A DNA stretch of 64,000 nt from Chrysomallon squamiferum (taxonomy: Eukaryota; Animalia; Mollusca): NCBI GenBank assembly GCA_012295275.1, contig CM022678.1, positions 9,982,001 through 10,046,000 of the forward strand, read 5' to 3'. Position 1 is the first letter of the stretch; each line of letters opens with the position of its first letter. Of the stretch, positions 14,753 through 27,851 are shown in pieces. A model generated the notes under the pieces. The model did no database searches. It was not told where the DNA came from and saw only the letters and a program-made list of their open reading frames with translations. Position numbers and translations under genes: made by a program.

Positions 14753-17319
14753 TAATAATACGAAATAAAAATAATAATTTAAGAATAAAAATAAAGTAAA
14801 ATAAGAAAGAAAAAGAAAAGAAAGTAGGTAATAGGAAATATTGTAAATTAACATAAAACAAACTGTGTAATAAATCAAAATTTATTTCCCAATCTAACAC
14901 TTAATTATTATATCGAAAATGGTGATATTTCCATCTCTATTTATCTACAGCATTTCGGGATGGTAATATTTCTCAATAGTTTTACCAAATAAGGGATTGA
15001 ATATTATATCAACACTGTTAGTAGAATATTATATCAACACTGCTTGAAAAATGTATGTAACACAGTTATTTTGTAAGCATTTTAATTTAACACATGTAGC
15101 AATTACCAATTAAGGTAATTGCAACATGTGTTACAATGGCGTTACATTCAATTATAATTTTTAATTTGATATATATATATATATATATATATATATTTCG
15201 TTCAGGAATAAATGAGAATAGCGTCTCTGAATAAAACCGTCACAGTTTTTTCATCTTTTCATAAAGTGAAACCCGATTTACAGGTTTGTTGGACAACAGA
15301 GAAAGATAATACACTTCTACAACCAAAATAGATATTGATTAAACTTGTATGGTTACATAGAGACGACTATCGATCTTTTTTATAAGATAAATGTATAATC
15401 AATAGTAATGTAAAACAGGACACAAAGATTAACAAACGTATGCTTTTAGTCACGTTCGCATAATAATAATAATAATAATATTTTTCCTCTCAGTATTAGA
15501 TACCTTTGTTTAGTATTGTCAAAACACATAAACACACACACACATACGCACAAACCCCTCCCACACAAATATATGGTTATTAAACTAATTAATTCAGTAC
15601 ATTAGTTGCCAAATCTGAACATATACTCTTTATTTCCATGCATGAATGAGGGAATTTACTGTATATATATAATTACAAGACGCAGAAAAATGGCGGCAAG
15701 CAAGATGATAAATCACGATTTTGTGATCCTCCTGCAGTTTACCGGGCGCCATTTTGGCGACATTTCGGGTTTCCATTATGTTGTACTCTAAATCTGTATC
15801 CTAAGCAGACGCGATCAAAAACGACAGTCCGAAACCAATTATTGATCTATAAGAAAAATAAAACTGCTAGAAAATGCCTTTAAAATTTTACTAATATGTT
15901 TGTTAAATACTGTCAGCTTTTTTAGTTTTCATTGTTCATTTTATTATAAGTGTCGAGATCTTTAGTGACTACATTTTGAGCGATTCATTCACAGCAATTG
16001 TCAGTTTGAGCGACTGACAATAGAGCGATTGTATTCTTTTAGTGTTTGGGAATTAGCGATTTAAAGCGAAAGTATTGTGGAATCTTTTAGAAGAAATTAG
16101 TTAAAATAAATTAATTTAGGAAATTGAGCATTTTTAAAACAGAAAGTCCTTAACGGTACATCACTTAACCTACCAATCATTGAAATAACTTCACGTAGTA
16201 TGTAGTCGCTCAAACGTCATTTAACAGTTTTATATTTTAAGTATATAATTAAAAAGCGTTGGACCAGAAAACGAGACAATGCTGAAATTGGTACTCGATC
16301 TATATCCATAACTGGTCTGGTAGATCTATCGACGTTGTATTAATATAAGTTGCGTTTATTTTTGTAAATTATTAAATAGTGCTAACATAATATTCATATA
16401 ACATAACATGACAATTTATTGACGAAGCTGTAGATAAACAGAATGCTAATGCACTTCATCTCCAGATTTCATATAATAATTAATATCGGGAAATCAGTTT
16501 AGTTATAATTACAAAAAATTATAATTTTACTTTATGATATTTGACACACACAAACACACACACACACACGCGCACGCTCACACACACACATTCACACACA
16601 TGCAGGTATATATCTAGAGAGAGAGAGAGAGAGGGGGTTAAAGTAATTACAGTTATTAAAATTTATTACATTTTCAAATGTTACAATTATACTTCTAGTT
16701 TGGGTATATTGGTGATTATTTTTAGTAAACGTGACATTTAAAAGATGTGCCCCATATCTCTCTAGTGTCCACCTGAATGAACCTGACATTGTCAAACACT
16801 TAAGACTTGTTCTCTCATTCAGGCATGGAAACAAATAGTATGTTTGTATTTGTCAACTAATGAAATATACAATAATATACTGAATTAATTCGTTTAAAAA
16901 CCATATATATATATGTATGTATGTGTGTATGTGATAACAATACTAAACAAAGGTATCTAATATATAGAGGAACAATATTTCTGTTACTATTATTATGCGC
17001 ACGTGACTAAAAGCATACGTTAGCTTTGTATCCATTGCTATCATTTATTTATATATCTTATAAGAAGGATCGATATTCGCCTGTATGTAACTATACAAGT
17101 TTATAGATCTCTTTTGGGTATAGAAGTATTATCTTTCTCTGTTGTCCTGTAAAGCGGGCTTCACTTTATGACAAGGTGAAAAGTTTGTTACTGTTTTATT
17201 CAGAGACGCTATTCATATTTATACCTCAACGAAAGTATAAGATTTCATTATGTCATTTTGACCTTTACTTTCCTCTCCTGCTCTCATACATAGCTTCACG
17301 TTACGTTATATTGAAGAAG

Positions 17320-17368
<49 letters not shown>

Positions 17369-17403
17369 CTATTTTTTATTTTTAAATTATTATTTTTATT
17401 TCA

Positions 17404-17502
<99 letters not shown>

Positions 17503-17570
17503 CTTTTAAAGTAACAAAGAAATAAATGTTCGATTCGACGAGTTCAGTAGTTTGCTTAATTACAATAATA
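14645..17570. repeat. Diverged inverted repeat (arms ~14645-15650 and ~16810-17570) within one contig
   Basis: 15196-15335 is the reverse complement of ~17100-17235, 14660-14700 of 17514-17555, and 15600-15650 of 16813-16860. Confidence 0.8.
15687..15755. promoter_or_regulatory. Inverted pair of YY1-like motifs in a CpG-richer island
   Basis: AAAATGGCGGC at 15687-15697 and CGCCATTTT at 15747-15755. Confidence 0.3.
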
Positions 17571-17850
17571 CATCGTCGTGTAGACTTGAACGTTCACTGC
17601 GGATCCACTAAGTATTTCCACGTCACATCCAGTACCAGTGAAAACTATCGATGTTTTATCCTTGGACGTTTCTCTTTATAGCGGGTTTCCTCTCAAGACA
17701 TTGTCCAAATAAAGTTAGCAGCTGTTAATAAGTTGTTAATAACCATATTTTGTACCAGTTATATACTGTTACTGCTACTACTATATTAACAATAACAATA
17801 ACAATAACAATAACGATAACAATAATAATAATAATAACAACAACAACAAC

Positions 17851-17882
<32 letters not shown>

Positions 17883-17883
17883 C

Positions 17884-17925
<42 letters not shown>

Positions 17926-19502
17926 GGCCACTCTGTAAATTAATTAAACTCATTCTATAATCACATATTAAGCTATGCATTATGAAGCAGTGAATAAACA
18001 GACAGGTAAACTCATTTTTGATCTGTATGAAGGTTTCAGCCTCCACTATTGTCTGTATTTATATATATATATACGTAAAAAGCATTCTGCTAATTGTCAG
18101 GTTTCCAACAAGAAAATAAAAGCACGCAAAAAAATGAATAAAGACAAAAAACAAACAAAAACAAAAAACACGTGCTTCATGGCAAGTGATGAGTACACTC
18201 GGTGTATGTTGTCTCAGTGGTCGAGTGATGTTGTCTCAGTGGTCGAGTGATGTCGTCGTCTGTCTAAGAAGTGCGGGGGAATGGATGTCACACTTTCCAG
18301 TCTCGTCAGCGACATCAGACTTTGTGAGTGCACTTCTGTGCTAGTGCGTTCCAGATTAGAATCAGACGTACATAAGACACAGCATATTCATTCCAAAATG
18401 TATACATACATGCATACATATATTCATCAGGTCAGATACACAAAAACAGATTTAGAAATGTATTTTATTGTATACACCACTGAACTCTTTTGTATGTATT
18501 TATAAAATGTATCATGTATGTGAAAACAGTGTCGCTTACCTCAAATTAAAAAAAAAAAAAAAAAAAAAAAACAAGAAAAAGATAAAAAAAGAGAAAAAGT
18601 AGTAATAGCAATTTTCTACTAGCGGATGGTAGCGGATATTTAAGTTTGTCTTTGTTATAAAGTTAAAAACGGATATCTATGAAACTGTTTTTCAGTAGAT
18701 ACATTTCTCTTCTGTATACTAGGCATAGATAATCTTAATAAAGTAATAACGTTTATATGTATATAATCTTTTTATTATTATTATTAAGATTGTGAAGTCT
18801 ATACATATATAAGAAAATATAAAGCAACTATAAACTAGAAAAAAGTCATTATATGTGTGTGTGTGTGTGTGTGTGTGTTAGTAATTATAATAAGTAAATA
18901 AACTGCGGTTTTTGTATAACAAACAAACAAAGTTTTTAAATGTGTCAGTCTAGGCTGGCTTCTCTTGCTCTTTGAATTCGATGTTTTCATTGACATCTAC
19001 AGTAATGAAATAATTTGTAATCTTTGCACAGTCCGGTGGGCCCTTTTATGAAATGGAGCTTACTGAACCTTGAAATTCTGACCTTGTTTTGATAAGCGTT
19101 TGACTGCGGGTTAGATTTTGTTCTCACTTGTGTATATGTGTGAGTTGTATGTGCTGTACTTTAATATGTCTGTGTACAGTGTATGTATGTGTGTGTATGT
19201 GTATGCTTATGTGTGTTTGTGTGTGTGTTGTGCGTGTCATAGGTGTATGTATTTGTATGGTGTGTTTGTATGTATGTGTATATGTATGTGGAGTGTGTGT
19301 GTAGGTGTGTAACTTAAAACATCTGTATTTTATTCAATGTTATTAATGATATATCTAAGAAAACCCTCATTCCAGCTGGTTTATCACTGAAACTTTAAAC
19401 AAATATAAATACATAATATAATACTAATACTAACAGTCTCTCTGACAGAAAATAATAACTTTTTCTCACTGAGATTTGTTATATCAATTATAATCATACA
19501 AT

Positions 19503-19548
<46 letters not shown>

Positions 19549-19639
19549 AGAGGACGGATATATTTTATTTGCACAATGATTTATTCGGTAAACAATAATA
19601 CAATACTATAGGGAAATATCTTCACGAATAAAGAGCTAC

Positions 19640-19705
<66 letters not shown>

Positions 19706-20633
19706 TACACACATACAGATAGATACCAAAATACACAAATACATACGAACATAAATATGTTTTTGGATAAAAATAACATTTTTAATGTTTCTTCTTCTTC
19801 TTTTTCTTCTTCTTCTTCTTATTATTATTAGCTGTAGCAGTACTAGTAGTAGTACTGTTACTGATATTGATATTATTGTTATTTTAGAATTGTAGGAATG
19901 AAGAAGCTCACATTTTTAGGATAGTTCACACTGATTAGTAGTAAAATACTAATAGTAGTTTTCTCTTTTCATTTCAAACAAAGCTTTCTGCAAATATATT
20001 TTTATATATCTAGAAATAAGAAAAATATATTAACACATTTTCACAGGTTTTTCTTAATCCAGCTACTTAACAGTCATCTTGGCACCCAAAATCATCAGAA
20101 ATAATCAAACATAAAACAGAACTCAGTTAATTTTACAATTTTTATCCTTTCTTAATTTTTTTTTATTTGTTTATTTATTTTTTTTAAATTACTGCACAAT
20201 TATAAACAGAACTAGATAATCGTAACTGTTCAGAAGAGAGATTTGACTAAATACATAACAATTTAAACTGAGTAACCATTTATAGAATTTTTTTTTTTTT
20301 TTTATATAAAATCAATAAATAAATAAATAAATAAATAATAAATAATAACAGCAGCAACAGCAAAGTTCAAAAATAGCGATACAATTTATAAATAAAAAGA
20401 AACATCAGATAACTAGATGCTAACAAAATAATAAATTCAAGTGACAAAAAATAAAAATAAATATTATCATTACACAATGGACAGTCTGTATGACGTCGTT
20501 AGAACTCAGCACTGCATTTAGAACTTCGACAACCTCATACAACACGTTGTGTTCTAAAGGGACAGAACCTCGAGAAACTGCTTGAAATTAGTCGGGTATG
20601 TATCCAGAAGGGTCCGCTGTGTGTCCCACTGCA

Positions 20634-21337
20634 AAATCTGTCAATACTGTCCCATGTTGACGATGTTTTACATATTACATATCTGTTAATACTGTCCCAT
20701 GTTGACGATGTTTTACATATTACAAAATCTGTTAATACTGTCCCATGTTGACGATGTTTTACATATTACAAAATCTGTTAATACTGTCCCATGTTGACGA
20801 TGTTTTACATATTACAAAATCTGTTAATACTGTCCCATGTTGACGATGTTTTACATATTACAAAATCTGTTAATACTGTCCCATGTTGACGATGTTTTAC
20901 ATATTACAAAATCTGTTAATACTGTCCCATGTTGACGATGTTTTACATATTACAAAATCAAAATGTTCGATGTTTTACATATTACAAAATCTGTTAATAC
21001 TGTCCCATGTTGATGATGTTTTACATATTACAAAAAAATCTGTTTTACATATTACAAAATCTGTTAATACTGTCCCATGTTGATGATGTTTTACATATTA
21101 CAAAATCTGTTAATACTGTCCCATGTTGATGATGTTTTACATATTACAAAATCTGTTAATACTGTCCCATGTTGACGATGTTTTACATATTACAAAATCT
21201 GTTAACACTGTCCCATGTTGACGATGTTTTACATATTACAAAATCTGTTAATACTGTCCCATGTTGACGATGTTTTACATATTACAAAATCTGTTAATAC
21301 TGTCCCATGTTGACGATGTTTTACATATTACAAAATC
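20634..21337. repeat. 46-bp minisatellite, ~15 units
   Basis: Unit aaaatctgttaatactgtcccatgttgacgatgttttacatattac; period 46 (20723 to 20769). Confidence 0.95.
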
Positions 21338-21385
21338 AACACAGTACGTGAAATACTACTGCAGTATTATTATTATTATTATTAT

Positions 21386-21418
<33 letters not shown>

Positions 21419-21746
21419 CAGCAGCAGTAGTAGTAGTAATAATAATGATTGTTTGAATTTCCAAAACTGACAAAGAAGTTGCATCTCTCGAAGAGACTGA
21501 AATAAAAACTAAACTGAAGACGTCACTGCTATAAACACACAGATATAATTAGATTAAAACTCTGCTGTTAGAATGTGAGGTTATTTGTGTAGACCTGGTG
21601 ATGATCTCTAGCTGGGATAACTCTGTGTCTGTCTGTCTGTCCTACGTACATAGATAATTCAGTGTACGTTCGCTGTGTATATGTTCTGATATATGCTTAA
21701 TTAAACAATATTTGTTTTGCATAAACTACGTCTTTTATCACGATAA

Positions 21747-21789
<43 letters not shown>

Positions 21790-22108
21790 GTAGTAGTAGT
21801 AGTAGTAGTAGTAGTAGCAGTAGTAGTAGTAGTATAATAATAGTAGTAGTTGTTGCTGTAATAGCAATAGTAACAGTAGTTGTTGTTGTAGTAATAGAAA
21901 TAGTAGCAGTAAGACAAAAACTCAAGAGTAACTGCACGATTTGCAAACAAATATGAAGATAAATCAATTAACAAAATAATAAACAAACAAATATGTAGGC
22001 AAGAAAAAATCAGTTAACAAAATAATAAACAAACAAACAAATAAATAAATATGTAGGCAAGAAAAAATCAGTTAACAAAATAATAAATAATTAAATATTA
22101 TAATTTAC

Positions 22109-22255
22109 TCGTATGTAATAACTAAACGTCTCTGTCAGTGAATTTTTATTATTTTTCAGAATTTTCTCCAGCAGTGATAAAACTCGTTTATATACAGTCC
22201 ACTCAGTTACACAGAAAACACTGAGTCCTCGCAAATGATATGGAAATTCCAAGAT
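22109..22255 (-). pseudogene. Putative 147-nt exon of an unidentified antisense gene remnant
   Basis: aatag acceptor and gtaaat donor; open phase-0 frame ILEFPYHLRGLSVFCVTEWTVYKRVLSLLEKILKNNKNSLTETFSYYIR. Paralogs at ~11018-11160 (+) and, truncated, ~45127-45258. Confidence 0.4.
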
Positions 22256-22467
22256 CTATTTTTAGAAAGTGCGAGTTCGTTATTTTCTTATGAAAATGTA
22301 AGTTAATGTGAAAATAATTTGTTGTTTTTATGCTTCCTATATTATATTATATTATATTATGTTATGTTATGTTATGTTTTGTTACGTTATGTTATGTTGT
22401 GTCTATTTTCTATTACGTATGTTATATTATTCTGTTATAACTTAATCCTGCATATGCCCGAATAGCA

Positions 22468-22557
<90 letters not shown>

Positions 22558-22609
22558 ATACACCTGCATATACGTGTTTGTGTTTGTTTAGTGTGTGAGT
22601 GTCTGTGTG

Positions 22610-22646
<37 letters not shown>

Positions 22647-23285
22647 AAGTTGACTTGTACTGAGTGTGCCTCTGTCTAATAATTTAAGATAACCAAATAA
22701 ACTTTGCTCTTGACAAAACAGACAAGTAGGTCATATTATCACTAGCATGTGTTTTAGTAATAAATTAATTATACACGAGTTGAACATATGGAACTAAATA
22801 TAAATAGATTTAACAAATCCTATTGTTAATATTAAACAAAGAAACATTTGATCATAAATAAATTTCAATTTACAAAACAATAATAAATAACAGCAGTTGT
22901 TATAGAAATAGATACAGTAGTAGTAGTAGTTGTAGAAGTAAATCTTTAGTAGCGGCAGGAGTAGAATTAACAACTGTAGTATTAGAAGCACTAGTAACAG
23001 ATGGTAGTAGTAGGAGTGTTAGACTTAGAAGTAGTGTTATCAAATCTATTCAGTTTACTAAATCAGGCCATGCAGTGTAACTGAAATACCTCACCTGACT
23101 TTTATCTCGATCACGAGACGGTCAAAGTTCACTCCATGCGGGTATATTAGATCACGTATTTGTGTCTTTGTGTCATAGAACTAAAAACTGGTTTCTACGG
23201 TAACACAGCCTCATTGTCATCTCTTTGTTAGAAAATATCCAACCTGGTAAGAACTCCATTTTGTTTTATAAAAATTGGATTTAAG

Positions 23286-23424
<139 letters not shown>

Positions 23425-26393
23425 GTAATAGTTGTAGTGGAAATATTGTTTGTTGTAGTAGTTTTAGTATTAGTTGTTGTAATACTTGCAGCAGAATTAT
23501 TCGTCGTTGTAGTCGTAGTTACATTGTTAATTGTTGCAGTAGTCATAGAAACTGTTGTAGTACTTGTAGTGTCAGTATTAGTCGTTGTAGTACCTGTAGT
23601 AGAATTATTAGTTACTACAGTAGCAGTTGTTCTAGTAGTTGTAGTTGCAGTATTTGTTTTTCCAGTGGCTGTTGTAGCATTATTCGTTAGTATCAGTAAC
23701 ATTACAGTGTTTTAGTATTTACATATCTCTTCTGTTTGCTAGCTGTAGACAATTTTAGTAAAGTAATAATTATTGTATAGACTTAAGATAGTATGATCTA
23801 TATATGAAACAGAGAAAATAAAAACAACTATAAACACTAGAAAAAAGAATATTTAAAAATGTGTCAGTCTAAGCTGGTTTCTCGTGCTCTTTGATTTCGA
23901 TTCTTTCATTGATATCTACAGGAATCTAATACTTTGTAATCTTTGCACAGTCCTGTCGGCCCTTTAATGAAATAGAGCTCACTGAACCTCGAAATTCTGA
24001 CCTTGTTTTGATAAGCTTTTGACAGCGGGTTACGTTTAATATTTTTCTCACTTGTTTTGGTTCTGTCATTTTGCAGTGTAATCTGTGTCATCAAAGGCGT
24101 ATATGTTTTACACACACGCACATGCACGCACGCACGCACACACACACACACGGAGAGACAGTAACACAGACATACACAACTTAAAACTTACAGTAATATA
24201 ATTATTCTTCTCCAACTACGTTTCAGTTGACTGATTCCTTTTTTTAAATTAGCTTTCCCAACACCCGTAAATAATTGAGTTGTTTTTATTTTATTTTGTA
24301 AAATTATAAAATATGTTTCTAGATTAATAAACTTAAGTTGTTGGTGTGTTATTTATCTAATAGATGAATATAGTATTATACTAATCTCTGTCATAGTAAT
24401 TTAAACCGGACACAGAAAATGATAATGAGCATTTTAGCTACTGGCCCCATGACAATAACAATAACAACTACAACAACAGCAACAACAACAATAACTACAA
24501 TAATAATAATAATAATAACAAAACAATAACAACAATAACTACAATCATAATAATAATAATAATAATAATGACAACGATAACAAAAACTATTATTATTATA
24601 AATTTTCATAAAATCTGATCTTTTGATAGATTTTTTTGTTGTTGTTGAAACCCACCTTCCTCTGTAGAGAGTGTAACTGCGTGAGTTCAAAACGTGACTA
24701 AACAGAGTCAAGTAGGTTTCGCCTCGGTAAACAAATAGAATGTAAACTTCTATTAAACTGAACATTAGGCGTTTCAGTGTGTAGACGTGTGTGCGTGTGC
24801 ATTGTGTGTAAGTTTGTGTGTATGTGTGAATGTGTCGGTGTACTGTTAGTGTGCGTTGTGTGTATTCTGTACACACACACACACACACACACTCGCATAC
24901 ACACACGTATGTAAAAAAAAGTTTCTTTCTTTTCTTAGATGAAAAGCGTCTCTTTATATATTTTATTATTTGTAGGTTAGCATTTATATAAACTGAGCGA
25001 GATAAGTATAAGTACATAAATTCAGAAATATTAATATAAATACTTATTGTTGACTATTAGATCGGGAAATAAATTTGATTAAATTAATGTTATAATGTTA
25101 GATCGGGAAATTAGTTTAATACTGACATAAATTATGACAAAGTGTCCGTTTGTGTGGTATTTGTTTAATTGTAGTGTACTTTATTTCGATATTTAATAAG
25201 TCGATTTATATGCATCATCCTTTTATGTCGAGTATGTTCTCCTACATAAATCTGTCATTATAAAACACTCGTAACTTGTTTTAACGTTCAGACCAGCAAA
25301 CAAACAACATACTAAGTTTCGCTACAGTAACAAATAAAATATTATCTGAACCAGTTTGAAGGTTATGCGGTGAATCGAGACTTGAAAAGCTATATATATC
25401 AAAAACAGAAGAAATGAATAGAAAGAGAGATTTGACTTTTTTCTTTCTTTCTTTTCTTAGATGCCATAAAAAAATATATGTTTATATATTTTATTGTTTG
25501 AAAAAGGTTACAAATTTATATAAACGTTTATTTTTGTAAATTTACTAAGCTGTAAATAAACACATTGAGAAAAAATATGCTCATTATCACATATAAAATA
25601 TACTAATTAATATCGGGAAATAAATTTAATTAAATTAATGTTATAATAATTTTAGATCAGTGATTATTTCTTTCACACAAATGTATATGACAAAGTGTCA
25701 GACGTTTGTGTGGAGATTAGTTTAATTACAGTGTATAAAATTTAATAAAATTTATTAAATTTAATTTAGTTATACATCATAGTTTGCGTATTTTTGACAG
25801 TTTTCCTGAATAAATCTGTGTCAACTGAATCAAAATGGCATTGTGAAACATTCAATAACTCATCTCTTTCAGACCATAGAAACAAACAACATGTTTAGAT
25901 TTTCAATTAATGAAATATGTTCTATAATATATATATTTTAATTAATTAGTTTAAAACCATAGGTTATGCGGTGAATATATATTTATAAATATATATATAT
26001 ATATATCTTAAATAAAATGAAATAAAACTATTTAACACAGAAAGAGATATATATTTATTATTATTTTATTACTATTGTACGTAATTATTCATATATTCCT
26101 TTGTATGCTGTTTTTCATTATTATAGTTTATTTATATATCTTACGAAAAGACCTGATACCGCCAGTTCACTATTCAAGTTTAAACAAGATACAGTTTTGG
26201 CGGCTAAATGTATTATCTTTCTCTGTCCAACTACAAGCCAGCTGCTATCTCTATTATTACTACATGTGTGATAGACTCTAACCAGCATTTTATAAATTAA
26301 TTCAGTACACAAACTATGTTCAGGTAGTTGTTAATTTTAATCCTGTTTACTTAAATACAACAATTTAAAAATTTCACGATTATTTTTTATCAG

Positions 26394-26578
26394 AAGAAAG
26401 AAAGGTTTTATAGAAAACTTCAAAGCTCCTACCCCTTCTTTCTTTACGAATTGGTATCTTCCGCTCAGTAAGTGTCGTCTGACAAAACCGGGCTTCGCTA
26501 CTGCAAGAGTAAATTGACATTGTAGACGAACAAACGGAGAAATTTGTTCCTCTTAAAATTTTCATTTCTCAAGACTAA
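26394..26578 (+). other. Candidate 5'-UTR exon of the TRIM gene
   Basis: GTAAGT donor at 26579 (also 48149, and 7582 on the minus strand). The ATG sits 2 nt after a ttcacag acceptor, suggesting an upstream non-coding exon. The 5' boundary is uncertain. Confidence 0.35.
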
Positions 26579-26587
26579 GTAAGTCAA

Positions 26588-26682
<95 letters not shown>

Positions 26683-26980
26683 GTGTTCTAAGATATTTAA
26701 AAATATCATTTTCAAAGTCAATTCCACGATTACATTGTCGTGCGAGATATGTGTTTTTCAAGAAAAGTAGCTCGTCACATTGCGAGAAACGATTTCTGTT
26801 CTAGTGATCTGCTTAATTAACTTGCAGCATTCGTTTTACTCACATATGTTTAGTGTGTTGAAGGGTTTTTGTGATTTTCTCTTTTCTTCATACAATTTAT
26901 TACAGCTGACCTCCTTTATTATATTAATCTTGTCTGCCTGCAATTTCCAAGAGGCTGTCGTCTTCCTTCTCATATTAAGA

Positions 26981-26990
26981 GTGACGTCAC
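26981..26990. promoter_or_regulatory. Palindromic CRE/ATF-type site GTGACGTCAC ~300 bp upstream of the TRIM ATG
   Basis: Perfect TGACGTCA at 26982-26989, 48519-48526 and 7175-7182, retained in the more diverged copy 1. Function not shown. Confidence 0.35.
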
Positions 26991-27220
26991 AAGGTTAAAT
27001 TTAGCAAGTTCGTAATGCACTTTTATTTTACAAATACGACTAAGTAAATAAACAGTTTATTTAGTGTATTTATAATATATTTATAATTTATAATAAACAG
27101 TGTTACATCTGCAAGTTTATATATTTATCATTTCATTTTATGTAGTATTTCTATTTACCATTGGTCGTATGACTTAAATGGAATTAATATGTAATTTTTA
27201 CCTCCAGTAGGTTGTTTTCA

Positions 27221-27279
<59 letters not shown>

Positions 27280-27284
27280 CAGAT

Positions 27285-27820
27285 ATGGCAACAGCTTCAA
27301 ACTCCGATGACAACATTTCGTGTTCTCTGTGTTTGGAAATTTTTGACAAACCAAGAGTTTTTTCATGTGGACATTCGTTCTGCTTGAAATGCCTGCAGAA
27401 TTACATCAGCACAAATTACAACAACAACGACACAGAAATAAGCTGCCCGTTCTGCAGGCAGAATGTCCACATTCCAGACAGCACGAAACCAGTGGAAACA
27501 TGGGCAGCTCAATTCTCTATAAACAAGTCACTGGTGGACGCCATTAACAAAATAGAACATTCAAAGTTTTGTGAGTCAGCAGTGTTGTGTTTAGATTGAG
27601 CATTACAATACAATAATTTTAAAAAAATACACTGTCATTTTACTAAAAATATTTGTTGTGTATTAACTATCGTAGCATAATGAAATAGAGGACATTTTAT
27701 CTATAACATTTTTCTACTAAGATTTTACATTTAGTTGATAAAATAAATTCTATAACTCTTCACATTGTATGCATGTCTTTATTTATAGTAGTAGTACTAA
27801 TTACTAATTCTATTATTATT

Positions 27821-27851
<31 letters not shown>

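Noticed and set aside
20634-21337. Possible CRISPR arrays (46-, 77-, 59- and 65-bp repeats)
   Set aside because: Head-to-tail units with no unique spacers, no cas genes, and a eukaryotic intron-containing context.
26780-26998. Conserved 72-aa ORF upstream of TRIM copies 2 and 3 (48317-48535)
   Set aside because: Starts at TTG, is not preserved in copy 1, and its conservation is explained by recent duplication.
27571-27599. Stand-alone 104-aa RING-only proteins (27285-27599, 48862-49176) and the poly-Leu N-terminal extension of ORF 6548-7006
   Set aside because: The tails read through a conserved GTGAGT donor that joins exon 2 in frame in all three copies. The extension is intronic (TAC)n/(TAT)n before the acceptor.
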